A stretch of 54,171 nucleotides of DNA from an uncultured archaeon (GTDB taxonomy: Archaea > Iainarchaeota > Iainarchaeia > Iainarchaeales > VGJJ01). The DNA is taken from contig CAYZNV010000006.1 of assembly GCA_964480125.1 (NCBI GenBank), positions 1 through 54,171 of the forward strand. Direction: 5' to 3'. The notes under the pieces were generated by a model. The model was given only the letters and a program-made list of their open reading frames with translations, was not told the DNA's origin and did no database searches. Position 1 is the stretch's first letter; every line of letters starts with the position of its first letter. A program made the position numbers and the translations under genes. This document shows, one piece after another, positions 1-9,288 of the stretch.

Positions 1-143
1 TGCCCCTGCTCGACGTTCACGGGGCGTTTGATGTCATTGACGACGCAAGGGCGCTCGGCCAGCTTCGTTTCCAGCCGGAGCCGGATCCGCTGGCCGAGGA
101 TGCGGTCGCCGGGCAGGCCATCATCGACCGGGTCGTCGATGGG

Positions 144-812
144 GTGGGGGTGTATCCCAATCAATTAGGAGAACTCGAAGTCAAATCCATCAACAAACAA
201 TACGAGCAATTCGAGAACTATCTCCTACAGCTTCCCGAAACACTAGAAATATTCATTACGCCAGGGAATCACGACCCGTGCAGATGGCACGATCCTCAAC
301 CCCCCGTGCTGAAAGAATTTGTGCCCAAACTCTATGGGATGAAAAACATCCACTTCCTTCCTTCGCCTTCCTGGGTCGAAATAGAAGACCAAAAAACACT
401 CATCTATCATGGAAGCGGACTCATTGGGGCGATGGATGCCATGAACATCCCTCCCACGAAACCCGAAGAAGCCATCAAGGAACTCCTCATCAAGCGCGAC
501 TTAATGTCCGTGTATGGAACCAAACACCCTTACGCTCCAGAGCCAAAAGCCTACATGCTCGTGCGTGAGCACCCGGATGTGTATATTGGAGGGGATAACC
601 ACTACAACGCGTATACGCAATACCGCGGCACCACCATCATCAACAATGGATGCTGGCAATTGACTTCAGACTATGCGGCCAGCAAAGGATTCATCGCCAC
701 CCCAGGGAGAGTGCCGCAATTCAACTTCAAGACCGCCACCCTACGCGAAAGCCGTTTTGATAAGCAACAAGAAAATGCCCCTGTGGAAACCGCCAAGGAA
801 GTGGGAAAATGA
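144..812 (+). CDS. DNA polymerase II (PolD) small subunit DP1, C-terminal phosphoesterase part; 5' truncated or partial
   Basis: Translation carries calcineurin-like phosphoesterase motifs (ITPGNHDP, GGDNHYN). The motif VDGVGVYPNQ lies at the start. The stop overlaps the DP2 start (ATGA at 809-812). The frame stays open back to nt 3, but composition changes abruptly at about nt 150. Confidence 0.8.
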   Translation: MGVYPNQLGELEVKSINKQYEQFENYLLQLPETLEIFITPGNHDPCRWHDPQPPVLKEFVPKLYGMKNIHFLPSPSWVEIEDQKTLIYHGSGLIGAMDAMNIPPTKPEEAIKELLIKRDLMSVYGTKHPYAPEPKAYMLVREHPDVYIGGDNHYNAYTQYRGTTIINNGCWQLTSDYAASKGFIATPGRVPQFNFKTATLRESRFDKQQENAPVETAKEVGK

Positions 813-3800
813 ACCTCCACTTCGATGTCGCATCCGATCCGGAGACAAAAAAATACTTTGATTCGTTAATGGAAGACATCCTCGAAAAATATGCATTGGC
901 AGAAAAAGCACGCGCCACGGGATTCGACATTCACACAGAAGTCGAATGCCTTCCCGCCACGGATGTCGCGGATCGCACCGAAAAAATTTCCGGACCCAAG
1001 GGCGTCGCCAAACGCTTCCGCGAAATCATGGCCGAAGTCTCCAAAGAAAAAGGAGGAGACCGCATGAAGGGCGTTTTTGTGCTCTTCAAGGAAATCGTCA
1101 TGCAAGAAGGAGGATGGTATGCGGAAGAAAATATGGAAAAGCGCCTCGAACAAGGAATCAAGACCTGCCTCGTCATCATGACCGAAGGCGTCGTTGTAGC
1201 ACCGCTGGATGGAATTCCGTATGTGAAAATCTCGACCAATCCGGATGGAAGCAAGTACGTGGACATTTATTTCGCGGGACCCATCCGCGCAGCAGGGGGA
1301 AGTGCCACGGTGCTGCCCCTGATTCTAGGAGACTATGCCCGCGTGCTGTTGAACTTGGATCGATTCAAACCCACACAAGAGGAAATAGAACGCTACGCCG
1401 AAGAAGTCAACATCTATCAGACGGATGTCATTTCACGCCAGATCAAAATGACACTTGATGAACTACGCATCATCGTCGCGGGCTGCCCCGTGTGCGTGAA
1501 TGGAATTCCAACGGAAGACGTGGAAGTGCAAGCCCACAAAAATATGGTGCGCTTTCCTTCGAACCGCATCCGCGGGGGAATGGGGCTAGTCATTACGGAA
1601 GGACTGGGATTGAAAGCCCAAAAAGTAATGAGCTGGGCCAAGCAATTGGGATTGGACTGGAGCTTCCTTGAAAAAATAATCAAAGTAGAAAAAAAAGCAG
1701 ATCAAGTCGTGGAACTGAAAAAGAACTGGAAATATCTCGAAGGAGTCGCGGCAGGAAGACCCTTGCTCGCGTATCCCATGGAATGGGGGGGATTCCGCCT
1801 GCGGTATGGAAGAAGTCGCAATACTGCCACCGCGGGAAAAGGAATCAATCCCGCAACGATGTATTTGTTGGACGAATTCATTGCAGTGGGAACGCACGTG
1901 CGAATTGAACGTCCAGGGAAAGCCGCGCAATTATTTCCCGTGGACACAATCGACGGACCCACCGTGTTGCTGAAAGACGGCAGCGTGATGCTCGTTAATA
2001 CTGTTCCGGAAGCTCAACGCGTGCGCGCGAACGTGGATAAAATTTTGTTCATTGGGGATATGCTCGTTACCGTTGGAGATTATCGCAAGGCCGCACACCC
2101 ACTTACTCCTTCTCCCTTTGTCCCGGAATGGTGGGTGTTGCTGCTGGAGAAAGCCATTGCAGAAGGAAAGCAGTCCTCTATTGAGACCGCGCACATCATT
2201 TTGGATCCAGAAAATATCACGTGCGCCCAAGCCATTACGCTTGCGGAAGAGCTCTCCATTCCGTTGCACCCCAACTACACGTGGTACTACAAGACGTGGA
2301 GCAAGTTTGAGACGAAACAATTCATTGACGCTGTCATCAAAGCCAATGAGGAAGACAAGGGATTAGGGTTGATGCGCTTCACGCACACAAAAGAAATGAA
2401 ACTACTTCTCGAGCGCGCAGGAATCCCCCACACGTGCGATGAACAGTGGATTTATTTTGATGAAACCAAAAGCGAATCCCTGCGACTCTTCGCGCGCAAT
2501 CCAGTAGGGGATATTGTGGACGAAGACACGGCGCTTTCCTTGCTCTCGCGAGCGGCAGGGCTCACTATCAAAGACAAAGCCGGGAGCTTTGCAGGAGCCA
2601 GAATGGGAAGACCCGAAGCCGCAGTTGCACGAACGATGAAAGGAAATCCACATGTGTTGTTTCCCATCGCCCTATCTGGAGGAGCCACGCGCAGCATGAA
2701 CCGTGCTGCAGGACTGACTGTGACAAAAGGAGCTCCGCCCAAAGCCAACCCGGGAAAAGTATCCGTGGAAATAGGACTATTCGAATGTCCGAGCTGCAAC
2801 GACATGATGTCCAGCCGCTACTGCGTGAAATGCCACGGACTCACGCACCCGCGCTATATCTGCTCGGGAAGAGAATGCCTCGCACTCAATTCAACCGAAA
2901 AATGCACCTCGTGTGGAAGCGTGGCCAAGCGAGGAGGGGCATACGAAATCAACATCCGAAAAGCACTGGAATGGGGAGCAAAAAATCTTTCAGAAAGACT
3001 CCCCGATCCCGTGAAAGGAGTCAAGGGACTCATTTCTGACGATAAACTCGCCGAACCCATCGAGAAAGGAATTTTACGCGCGAAACACGACCTACACGTA
3101 TTCCGCGATGGAACCTCGCGCTTCGAATTGCTGAATGCACCCATTACCCACTTCTATCCACGCGAAATAGGATTGACCGTAGAAAAGGCAAAAGAGCTAG
3201 GATACTCATTCGATGCCGAAGGAAAACCACTCGAGCGAGACGATCAACTCGTAGAGATGTTCGTGCAAGACATCATCGTCAACGAAGGATGCGGTGTATG
3301 GCTGCTGCGCTGTGCCAACTACATCGACGACTTACTCACTAAATTCTACAAACTCCCTGCATGCTATAATGCCAAAAATGTGCGCGATTTGATTGGAGAA
3401 GTTGTTATTGGGCTGGCCCCCCACACGTCTGCAGGGATTGCCGCGCGCGTGATTGGGTATACGAAAACACGCTTAGGGTGGGGGCATCCCTACTTTATCA
3501 TGTGCAAACGCCGTAACGTGGATGGAGATCAAGACTCAGTCATGCTACTCATGGACGCATTATTGAATTTCTCGCACAAATACCTCTCCCACTCGCGCGG
3601 AGGAAGAATGGATGCTCCGCTCGTGTTCACTCTTGCACTCAATCCCCAAGAAATAGACGATGAAGTGTATGAAATGGAAACATGCAAACGCTATCCCCTC
3701 TCGCTCTACGAAAAAAGCCTCACATTTGGAGAAGCAAAAATGGATGACGTCGCTGTCGTAAAGAAAAAACTAGGAAAACCAGACCAGTATAGCGGAATCC

Positions 3801-4267
3801 ACTTTACCCATTCTACGAAACAATTCGATTTTGGGCCCACGCAAAGCAGTTATACGCGCTTGGAAAGCATGGAAGAAAAACTCAAAGTCCAAGCAAAATT
3901 ACAAGCACGCCTGCGCATGGTGGACTTCCCGGATTCCATGGAGCGCGTCGTGGTATCGCACTTATTCCCCGATATTATTGGAAACACCCGCGCATTCTCT
4001 CGACAAACATTCCGCTGCACCAAGTGCAACGCCAGCTATCGCCGCATCCCATTAAGCGGAAACTGCAGCAAATGCAAGGGAGGAAATATCATCCTAACGA
4101 TTGCACAGGGATCGGTGCGGAAGTATCTCAAGATTGCCAAAGATATTATCTTCGGACACAATCTCTCTGAATATCTCAAACAACGCATTACCCTTGCAGA
4201 AACAGAAATCGACGCCGTATTTCCGCCCGAAAAACAGACACAAAAGAGCTTGTTCGAGTTTGCATAG
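809..4267 (+). CDS. DNA polymerase II (PolD) large catalytic subunit DP2
   Basis: 1152-aa ORF directly coupled to DP1. It has Cys-rich Zn-finger blocks (CPSCN...CVKCH, CTKCNASYRRIPLSGNCSKCKG) and overall DP2-like sequence. No intein-sized insertion is seen. Confidence 0.93.
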   Translation: MNLHFDVASDPETKKYFDSLMEDILEKYALAEKARATGFDIHTEVECLPATDVADRTEKISGPKGVAKRFREIMAEVSKEKGGDRMKGVFVLFKEIVMQEGGWYAEENMEKRLEQGIKTCLVIMTEGVVVAPLDGIPYVKISTNPDGSKYVDIYFAGPIRAAGGSATVLPLILGDYARVLLNLDRFKPTQEEIERYAEEVNIYQTDVISRQIKMTLDELRIIVAGCPVCVNGIPTEDVEVQAHKNMVRFPSNRIRGGMGLVITEGLGLKAQKVMSWAKQLGLDWSFLEKIIKVEKKADQVVELKKNWKYLEGVAAGRPLLAYPMEWGGFRLRYGRSRNTATAGKGINPATMYLLDEFIAVGTHVRIERPGKAAQLFPVDTIDGPTVLLKDGSVMLVNTVPEAQRVRANVDKILFIGDMLVTVGDYRKAAHPLTPSPFVPEWWVLLLEKAIAEGKQSSIETAHIILDPENITCAQAITLAEELSIPLHPNYTWYYKTWSKFETKQFIDAVIKANEEDKGLGLMRFTHTKEMKLLLERAGIPHTCDEQWIYFDETKSESLRLFARNPVGDIVDEDTALSLLSRAAGLTIKDKAGSFAGARMGRPEAAVARTMKGNPHVLFPIALSGGATRSMNRAAGLTVTKGAPPKANPGKVSVEIGLFECPSCNDMMSSRYCVKCHGLTHPRYICSGRECLALNSTEKCTSCGSVAKRGGAYEINIRKALEWGAKNLSERLPDPVKGVKGLISDDKLAEPIEKGILRAKHDLHVFRDGTSRFELLNAPITHFYPREIGLTVEKAKELGYSFDAEGKPLERDDQLVEMFVQDIIVNEGCGVWLLRCANYIDDLLTKFYKLPACYNAKNVRDLIGEVVIGLAPHTSAGIAARVIGYTKTRLGWGHPYFIMCKRRNVDGDQDSVMLLMDALLNFSHKYLSHSRGGRMDAPLVFTLALNPQEIDDEVYEMETCKRYPLSLYEKSLTFGEAKMDDVAVVKKKLGKPDQYSGIHFTHSTKQFDFGPTQSSYTRLESMEEKLKVQAKLQARLRMVDFPDSMERVVVSHLFPDIIGNTRAFSRQTFRCTKCNASYRRIPLSGNCSKCKGGNIILTIAQGSVRKYLKIAKDIIFGHNLSEYLKQRITLAETEIDAVFPPEKQTQKSLFEFA

Positions 4268-4269
4268 CT

Positions 4270-4332
4270 GGCCAGTTTCGGCTGGCCGCAGCGAGAACGG
4301 GTATTGCGCTGCAATACCCGATTTGCTCAATC
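4270..4332 (+). repeat. Double-hairpin intergenic element, copy A
   Basis: GGCCAG-TTTCGG-CTGGCC, linker gcagCGAGAAc, GGGTATTGC-gct-GCAATACCC, tail GATTTGCTCAATC. It starts 3 nt after the DP2 stop codon and is followed by a T-run. Confidence 0.8.
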
Positions 4333-4345
4333 TTTTTCTAGAGGC

Positions 4346-5119
4346 TCATTTCGGAACGGGCAACTTCACAAAACCAATTGCTAGTAAAATAATCGCGACT
4401 ACAATGAGGATGAAAATCACCATTCTGCGATTGGGGTGCTCATCATCGGGTTTGAGGATGACTGTGCCAATGTCCTTGAAGATGGAAACGGTATAATCCA
4501 CCCAATTGCTGGGAGAACGCAAGTCCGAAAGGGTTTCTCCTACTAATTCTCCCGTGCTTTTTCCACGGTATTCAACTGGATTCTCATTCTCGAATTCTCC
4601 AGTAAACCCATTGATGCGGAGCTTAATCTCATTCTCTTCCTCCAATTGCACTTTCGCAATCCAGAAGGGAACATATACTAATTGCAAACCCGAAATATGC
4701 ACATTGCCACGAGGAACATGCTCTTGTGCCGCAATCTTGATCTGGGCAATATTCTTGGCATCCTCCGCCGTAAAACGAGGCTTCTTCTGCTCCACGGTAA
4801 CAGAATTGGCGACTGAAAACTCGGATTGAATGGTTTCGGGATCCACCATTTCCGCAATGACTTCGTCCAATTCATTCTTCAACGCATTTAGGCTACTTCT
4901 TCCGTGATTGCTTTCAGCGACATTCTTTATTTTGGTGTTGGCCTCTTCTTCCTCCGAATATGTATCAAAGACAAACGTGTAGTACGGGCATAATTCCAGC
5001 TTGGTGGACTTGATCTCGGCATCCTTCCAGGCTTGCTCTCCCAATTCCTCTTCCACCATCTCCTGGACTTCCTCGAGCTTGATGTTAAGGGGAAGCGAAT
5101 TCCCAGGGAGGTGCTGCAT
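4346..5119 (-). CDS. Hypothetical protein: acidic N-terminal region, C-terminal transmembrane anchor
   Basis: 257-aa ORF with a hydrophobic C-terminal segment (VIFILIVVAIILLAIGFV). TATA-like TATTTAAA (minus strand, 5142-5149) lies about 27 nt upstream of the ATG. I recognise no family. Confidence 0.65.
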   Translation of the reverse strand: MQHLPGNSLPLNIKLEEVQEMVEEELGEQAWKDAEIKSTKLELCPYYTFVFDTYSEEEEANTKIKNVAESNHGRSSLNALKNELDEVIAEMVDPETIQSEFSVANSVTVEQKKPRFTAEDAKNIAQIKIAAQEHVPRGNVHISGLQLVYVPFWIAKVQLEEENEIKLRINGFTGEFENENPVEYRGKSTGELVGETLSDLRSPSNWVDYTVSIFKDIGTVILKPDDEHPNRRMVIFILIVVAIILLAIGFVKLPVPK

Positions 5120-5165
5120 ACTGCAAGGAAGTCATTCAGGGTTTAAATAGGTTAAACTGGCACTC

Positions 5166-5206
5166 AAAAAAAAGAAATAAAAAAAGAGAGGAGCAAAGCG
5201 CTCCCT
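5166..5206 (-). terminator. Hairpin plus oligo-T terminator downstream of sepF
   Basis: GGAGC(5190-5194)/GCTCC(5200-5204) stem. It is followed on the minus strand by a long T-rich run (plus-strand A-run 5166-5186). Confidence 0.4.
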
Positions 5207-5213
5207 TACTGAA

Positions 5214-5573
5214 TTACTGTGCTTTGCGCTTGGCGATTTTGACGCGAGCAGGCGTAACCAAAATCTTTCCAGGAGCGACTCCAGCAACGTCTCCATCGAT
5301 CTGCGTGACCATGTCCTTAATGGAAACGATCATGTCGCGCAATCCCTTGGCGTTGCGCTTCTGCATGTCTTCGATGTTCAACAAAATCAAGTTACCGTCT
5401 TTCAATTCGCGCTCGACGGTCTTCACGTCTTCGGCGTCCTTCAACGTAACGGATTTAACGTAGGCATCGGCGTCCTCGTACACGACTTCCTCTTCCACAT
5501 TCATGTTGTTAAGAAAGTCTTCGACGTCGACTTGTTCGGTTTGGCTGGTGAATACTTTGTCTAAGAAGCCCAT
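5214..5573 (-). CDS. sepF: Cell division protein SepF (DUF552-type FtsZ membrane anchor)
   Basis: 119 aa. It has an N-terminal amphipathic MGFLDKVF segment, an acidic linker, and a C-terminal core (VKSVTLKDAEDVKTVERELKDGNLILLNIEDM...) typical of archaeal SepF in size and pattern. Confidence 0.75.
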   Translation of the reverse strand: MGFLDKVFTSQTEQVDVEDFLNNMNVEEEVVYEDADAYVKSVTLKDAEDVKTVERELKDGNLILLNIEDMQKRNAKGLRDMIVSIKDMVTQIDGDVAGVAPGKILVTPARVKIAKRKAQ

Positions 5574-5804
5574 ATGGTTCCCCCCTTGATGGAAAAAGGC
5601 TGATTTTACGTATTGGGCTTTTTAACTTCTTAAAGGTGCATGTCATTTTTCGCATAAACTCCCAAGAAGAACCCACGCGAAACACTGACACGAATTCGGA
5701 ATGCCAACCACGAACCTTAAAATGGGTGGAGACACTAAAACAATTAGGGCTCACTTCCACTAATCCACGAGGGGAAGGAGAATAATGGAACTGAGTTGAA
5801 AGGC

Positions 5805-7031
5805 ATGTCACTAAACCACGTATTCGATCAAGAATTCTCCAAACCCACCGTTTTCCTGGACCGAAACAAGATCATGCCCCATTACACGCCGGAAAACCTC
5901 CTCTTCCGAGAAAAACAAATATCGGATATTAGTCGCATCGTTGCTGTTACCTTGCGAGGACAACGACCCGACAACGTTTTCATCTATGGAAAGCCCGGGA
6001 CAGGAAAAACTTCCACGACAAGACACGTCATGAGTGGTCTCGTGAAGTATGGGCAAGAAAAATCACTCCAAATACGCCACGCCTACATCAACTGCCGCAC
6101 GCACAACAAAAAATACAAAATATTCCTCAAAACCCTGCGCGAATTATTTCCTGACAAGCCGGATAAGGAATTCCAAGGATATTCTGCCGCATACCTCTAT
6201 GAGAAACTTGTTTCCTATGTGAAAGGAAGCCAAACCCACCTCTTGTTGGTGCTGGATGAATTGGATCAAGTCAAGGACTTGGATGAACTCATTTATTCCC
6301 TCACGCGCAGCAACGATGAGATTCCCGTGGGAGGCATTTCCGTGGTGGGAATCTCCAACAACCTCATGTTCAAAGAAAATCTCGACTCGCGCACCAAATC
6401 ATCACTATGCCAGCAAGAAATGATATTTCCCCCCTATAATGCGGAACAACTGCGCAATATCCTGGAGCAACGTATTCAGGAAGCATTCAACCCCGATGCA
6501 GTGAATCCAAGCGCCATCGCACTCTCGGCTGCGATTGCCGCGCAAGAAAGTGGAGACGCAAGGACTGCCATCAAACTCTTACTGCGCGCCGGAGAGCTCG
6601 CGGACGATGCGCACGAAAAACAGATTACCGACAAACATGTGAAGGATGCACGCGCGGACGTAGAACAAGAAATTATTCTCGAACATGTTTCCGTTTTGCC
6701 CGAACACGAAAAACTCGTGTTGTATACGATTGCATTGCTCAGCTTGCGAAAGGTCGGAGGAGGAATGACTAAGCTGTCGGGGGAAAGCCTAGAGGATGTC
6801 CTCTACTCGGGAGAAGTGTATGAAGAATACGAGCGCGTGTGCAAGAAACTCAATTTCACTGACGTGGTAACGGCAAGATGGTACCGCGAATACATCAACC
6901 AACTCGAAATGTATGGACTCATCCTTACCACGCAAAGCGGAGCCGGAGTCAAAGGGCAGACGCGCTTCATTAAACTGAAAGTAGACGCACAAAAAATCAA
7001 AGAAGTACTAGAAAAAGAATTGGTTGGTTGA
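5805..7031 (+). CDS. cdc6: Orc1/Cdc6 replication initiator
   Basis: Walker A GKPGTGKTS, Walker B LLLVLDELD, and a C-terminal winged-helix region. An alternative TTG start lies at 5796. Confidence 0.93.
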   Translation: MSLNHVFDQEFSKPTVFLDRNKIMPHYTPENLLFREKQISDISRIVAVTLRGQRPDNVFIYGKPGTGKTSTTRHVMSGLVKYGQEKSLQIRHAYINCRTHNKKYKIFLKTLRELFPDKPDKEFQGYSAAYLYEKLVSYVKGSQTHLLLVLDELDQVKDLDELIYSLTRSNDEIPVGGISVVGISNNLMFKENLDSRTKSSLCQQEMIFPPYNAEQLRNILEQRIQEAFNPDAVNPSAIALSAAIAAQESGDARTAIKLLLRAGELADDAHEKQITDKHVKDARADVEQEIILEHVSVLPEHEKLVLYTIALLSLRKVGGGMTKLSGESLEDVLYSGEVYEEYERVCKKLNFTDVVTARWYREYINQLEMYGLILTTQSGAGVKGQTRFIKLKVDAQKIKEVLEKELVG

Positions 7032-7052
7032 ATTCTACATTTGATGCGTTAA

Positions 7053-9215
7053 CTAGTCGAACAACGTCTTCTGCTCTTTCAACGCGGCCTCAATCTTTTT
7101 CTTCGCACCCTTTTCGATTTCCGTGCCCAACTGCTTTTTCACGGTAATCGCAACGGCCGTTCCGATGATTTTGGCCAGATTCTCAACGGAAGTCGCTTTC
7201 ACATCCGCAACCGTTTTGATGCCTGCGTTAAACATCCTACGCGCACGCACGCGACCAATCCCACGCAATTCACACAACAACACCAGCTCTTCCTTGATTC
7301 CAGAAGACAATCGCTTGCGCATGCGCGAAAGCAATCCAGTGTGGTGAGAAGCGCCAATGAGTGGGGCTAATTCCACTGCACTATATGCCAACCAATCCAC
7401 AATCTGCAGTTTTGCACGAATAATCCCGGGCTGAATGTTAAAATCATCCAATAATTGTTGTTCCGGAGTTTCATTCGTCCATGCGTCCAAGAATTTAGCC
7501 GTTTGGAATTTTTGCACGAGCTGCGTATCCGTAAACATCGCCTCGGAAGAAGTAATGGGGAGCTCGGCCCAGCGCGATTGCAGCTCTTCCCACACCAATG
7601 CTTCGTCTTTGGCTTTCACGTTCAAATATGGACGGGCTTCCGTCGTATCCACGAGCGCAAACAACGCACCAAAGTGAGCCAAGTCCATTTTTTTGAGTGC
7701 CGCAATGAGGTCTGCCGCTGAAAGAGGATCCAAATACAACTCTGCCACGCGCGAACCAATCTTGGTCGTCCAAAAACGATTCTCCTCACCCTCAATGAAA
7801 CCCAATTCCGAAAGTTCTTTCACTAATCCGCGCAGCATGCGGAAAAGATTATCCGTGTTCTTGTATTGGAACGCGTAGAGGGTTTTGGAGAAAAAATCAT
7901 CCATGCTCTGCGTGTCAAAAATGAAGCGAGAGGCGATCAATCCCAACAAATGCATGCGCAGGATGGGTTCTCTTCCCACTTGCGAAGAAACGGGCTCCAT
8001 CTCTCCGCGGATGTATTCTTCCATGACGGCGCTTGCCTCTAATTCATTCTTGCAAAGCACAATACTCTCACCCGCAGAATCATATTTTGGCCTGCCTGCG
8101 CGACCAGCCATTTGGCGATATTCACGAATGGGAATGGGGGCCATCCCTCCAAAGTCAAAGCGGTGCAGCGAAGTAATAATCACGCGGAAAGAAGGAAGGT
8201 TGACTCCAGCCGCTAATGTAGGGGTGGCGGCAATCGTTTTGATGGCGCCCGCGCGAAAACCATTCTCAATCAAGGAACGCTGTGTTTGTACTAATCCCGC
8301 ATGATGGAATGCCGCGCCATTCTGGATCAATGCAGAGAGTTTCTTGCACTGCTCAGTGGGAGACTCTAGCGCATGCTCAATCTTTTGGGCAATCTTCGCG
8401 AGCTCTTTCTTGTCCTCGATTGTGAGAAATTTCTGCACCACTGCAGCGGATTGCTTTGCGAGTGACTCGGCGCGAGGACGTGTGTTTGCGAAAACAAGAG
8501 CTTGTTTCTTTTTTTCCAGCGTATTCGCGAGCATTGCTTCTAATGGATCATCTTCGCGCGTCTTTTCCTTGCTGCGATCATTGAACTCAATCGTACTCTC
8601 ATAGTGCACGCCTTCCTTCAAGGGAACGGGGCGATAATTGGACTGGATTAATTCTGCACCCAGCCATGCGGCTAACTCATCTGAATTAGGAATCGTAGCG
8701 GAAAGTGCAATGATTTGAAGTTTGGGATTGAGAATGCGAAGCTTGGTGATGATCATCTCCAGTGTGGGCCCTCTATCGCTGTCCAATTCATGCACTTCAT
8801 CAATGATTAAAGTGCCAAGCTGCTGCAACCAATCCGCGCGATGCACCAAAAGAGAATTTAGTTTCTCATACGTGGTGAAAACAAAATCGTACTGCGAAAG
8901 ATACTTGGAAGAAGAATCCATATCTCCTGTTGCAACCGCCATGCGAATATTCTGTTGCTTGGAATATTTGTTTTGAAAATCAGTATAGTGTTCATTCGCC
9001 AGCGCGCGCAAGGGACACGTGTACATGGCTTTCTTGCGCTTGTTGAGGATGGAATTCATCCCCGTGAGCTCGGCAATAATCGTCTTCCCGGAAGCCGTGG
9101 GAGAAGCCACGACGAGATTCTTACTATCCCAAGGGGCTTGCAACACCAGCTGCTGCATGGGATTGTAATCCGTAAAGCCATTGGTCTGCTGCACCAGCTC
9201 AGGAATATTGGCCAT
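7053..9215 (-). CDS. hel308: Ski2-like DNA helicase Hel308
   Basis: 720 aa with Walker A SPTASGKT, DEVH box (IIDEVHELD), QMAGRAGR motif VI, and a C-terminal helix-hairpin-helix (LRGIGRVRARRMFNAGI). Confidence 0.9.
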   Translation of the reverse strand: MANIPELVQQTNGFTDYNPMQQLVLQAPWDSKNLVVASPTASGKTIIAELTGMNSILNKRKKAMYTCPLRALANEHYTDFQNKYSKQQNIRMAVATGDMDSSSKYLSQYDFVFTTYEKLNSLLVHRADWLQQLGTLIIDEVHELDSDRGPTLEMIITKLRILNPKLQIIALSATIPNSDELAAWLGAELIQSNYRPVPLKEGVHYESTIEFNDRSKEKTREDDPLEAMLANTLEKKKQALVFANTRPRAESLAKQSAAVVQKFLTIEDKKELAKIAQKIEHALESPTEQCKKLSALIQNGAAFHHAGLVQTQRSLIENGFRAGAIKTIAATPTLAAGVNLPSFRVIITSLHRFDFGGMAPIPIREYRQMAGRAGRPKYDSAGESIVLCKNELEASAVMEEYIRGEMEPVSSQVGREPILRMHLLGLIASRFIFDTQSMDDFFSKTLYAFQYKNTDNLFRMLRGLVKELSELGFIEGEENRFWTTKIGSRVAELYLDPLSAADLIAALKKMDLAHFGALFALVDTTEARPYLNVKAKDEALVWEELQSRWAELPITSSEAMFTDTQLVQKFQTAKFLDAWTNETPEQQLLDDFNIQPGIIRAKLQIVDWLAYSAVELAPLIGASHHTGLLSRMRKRLSSGIKEELVLLCELRGIGRVRARRMFNAGIKTVADVKATSVENLAKIIGTAVAITVKKQLGTEIEKGAKKKIEAALKEQKTLFD

Positions 9216-9288
9216 ATGCTCGAAATGGGTTCCTAGGGGATTTTAATGCCATTCTGGGAGGAACGCCAAAGGTTCTTCGTGAGGAGAA

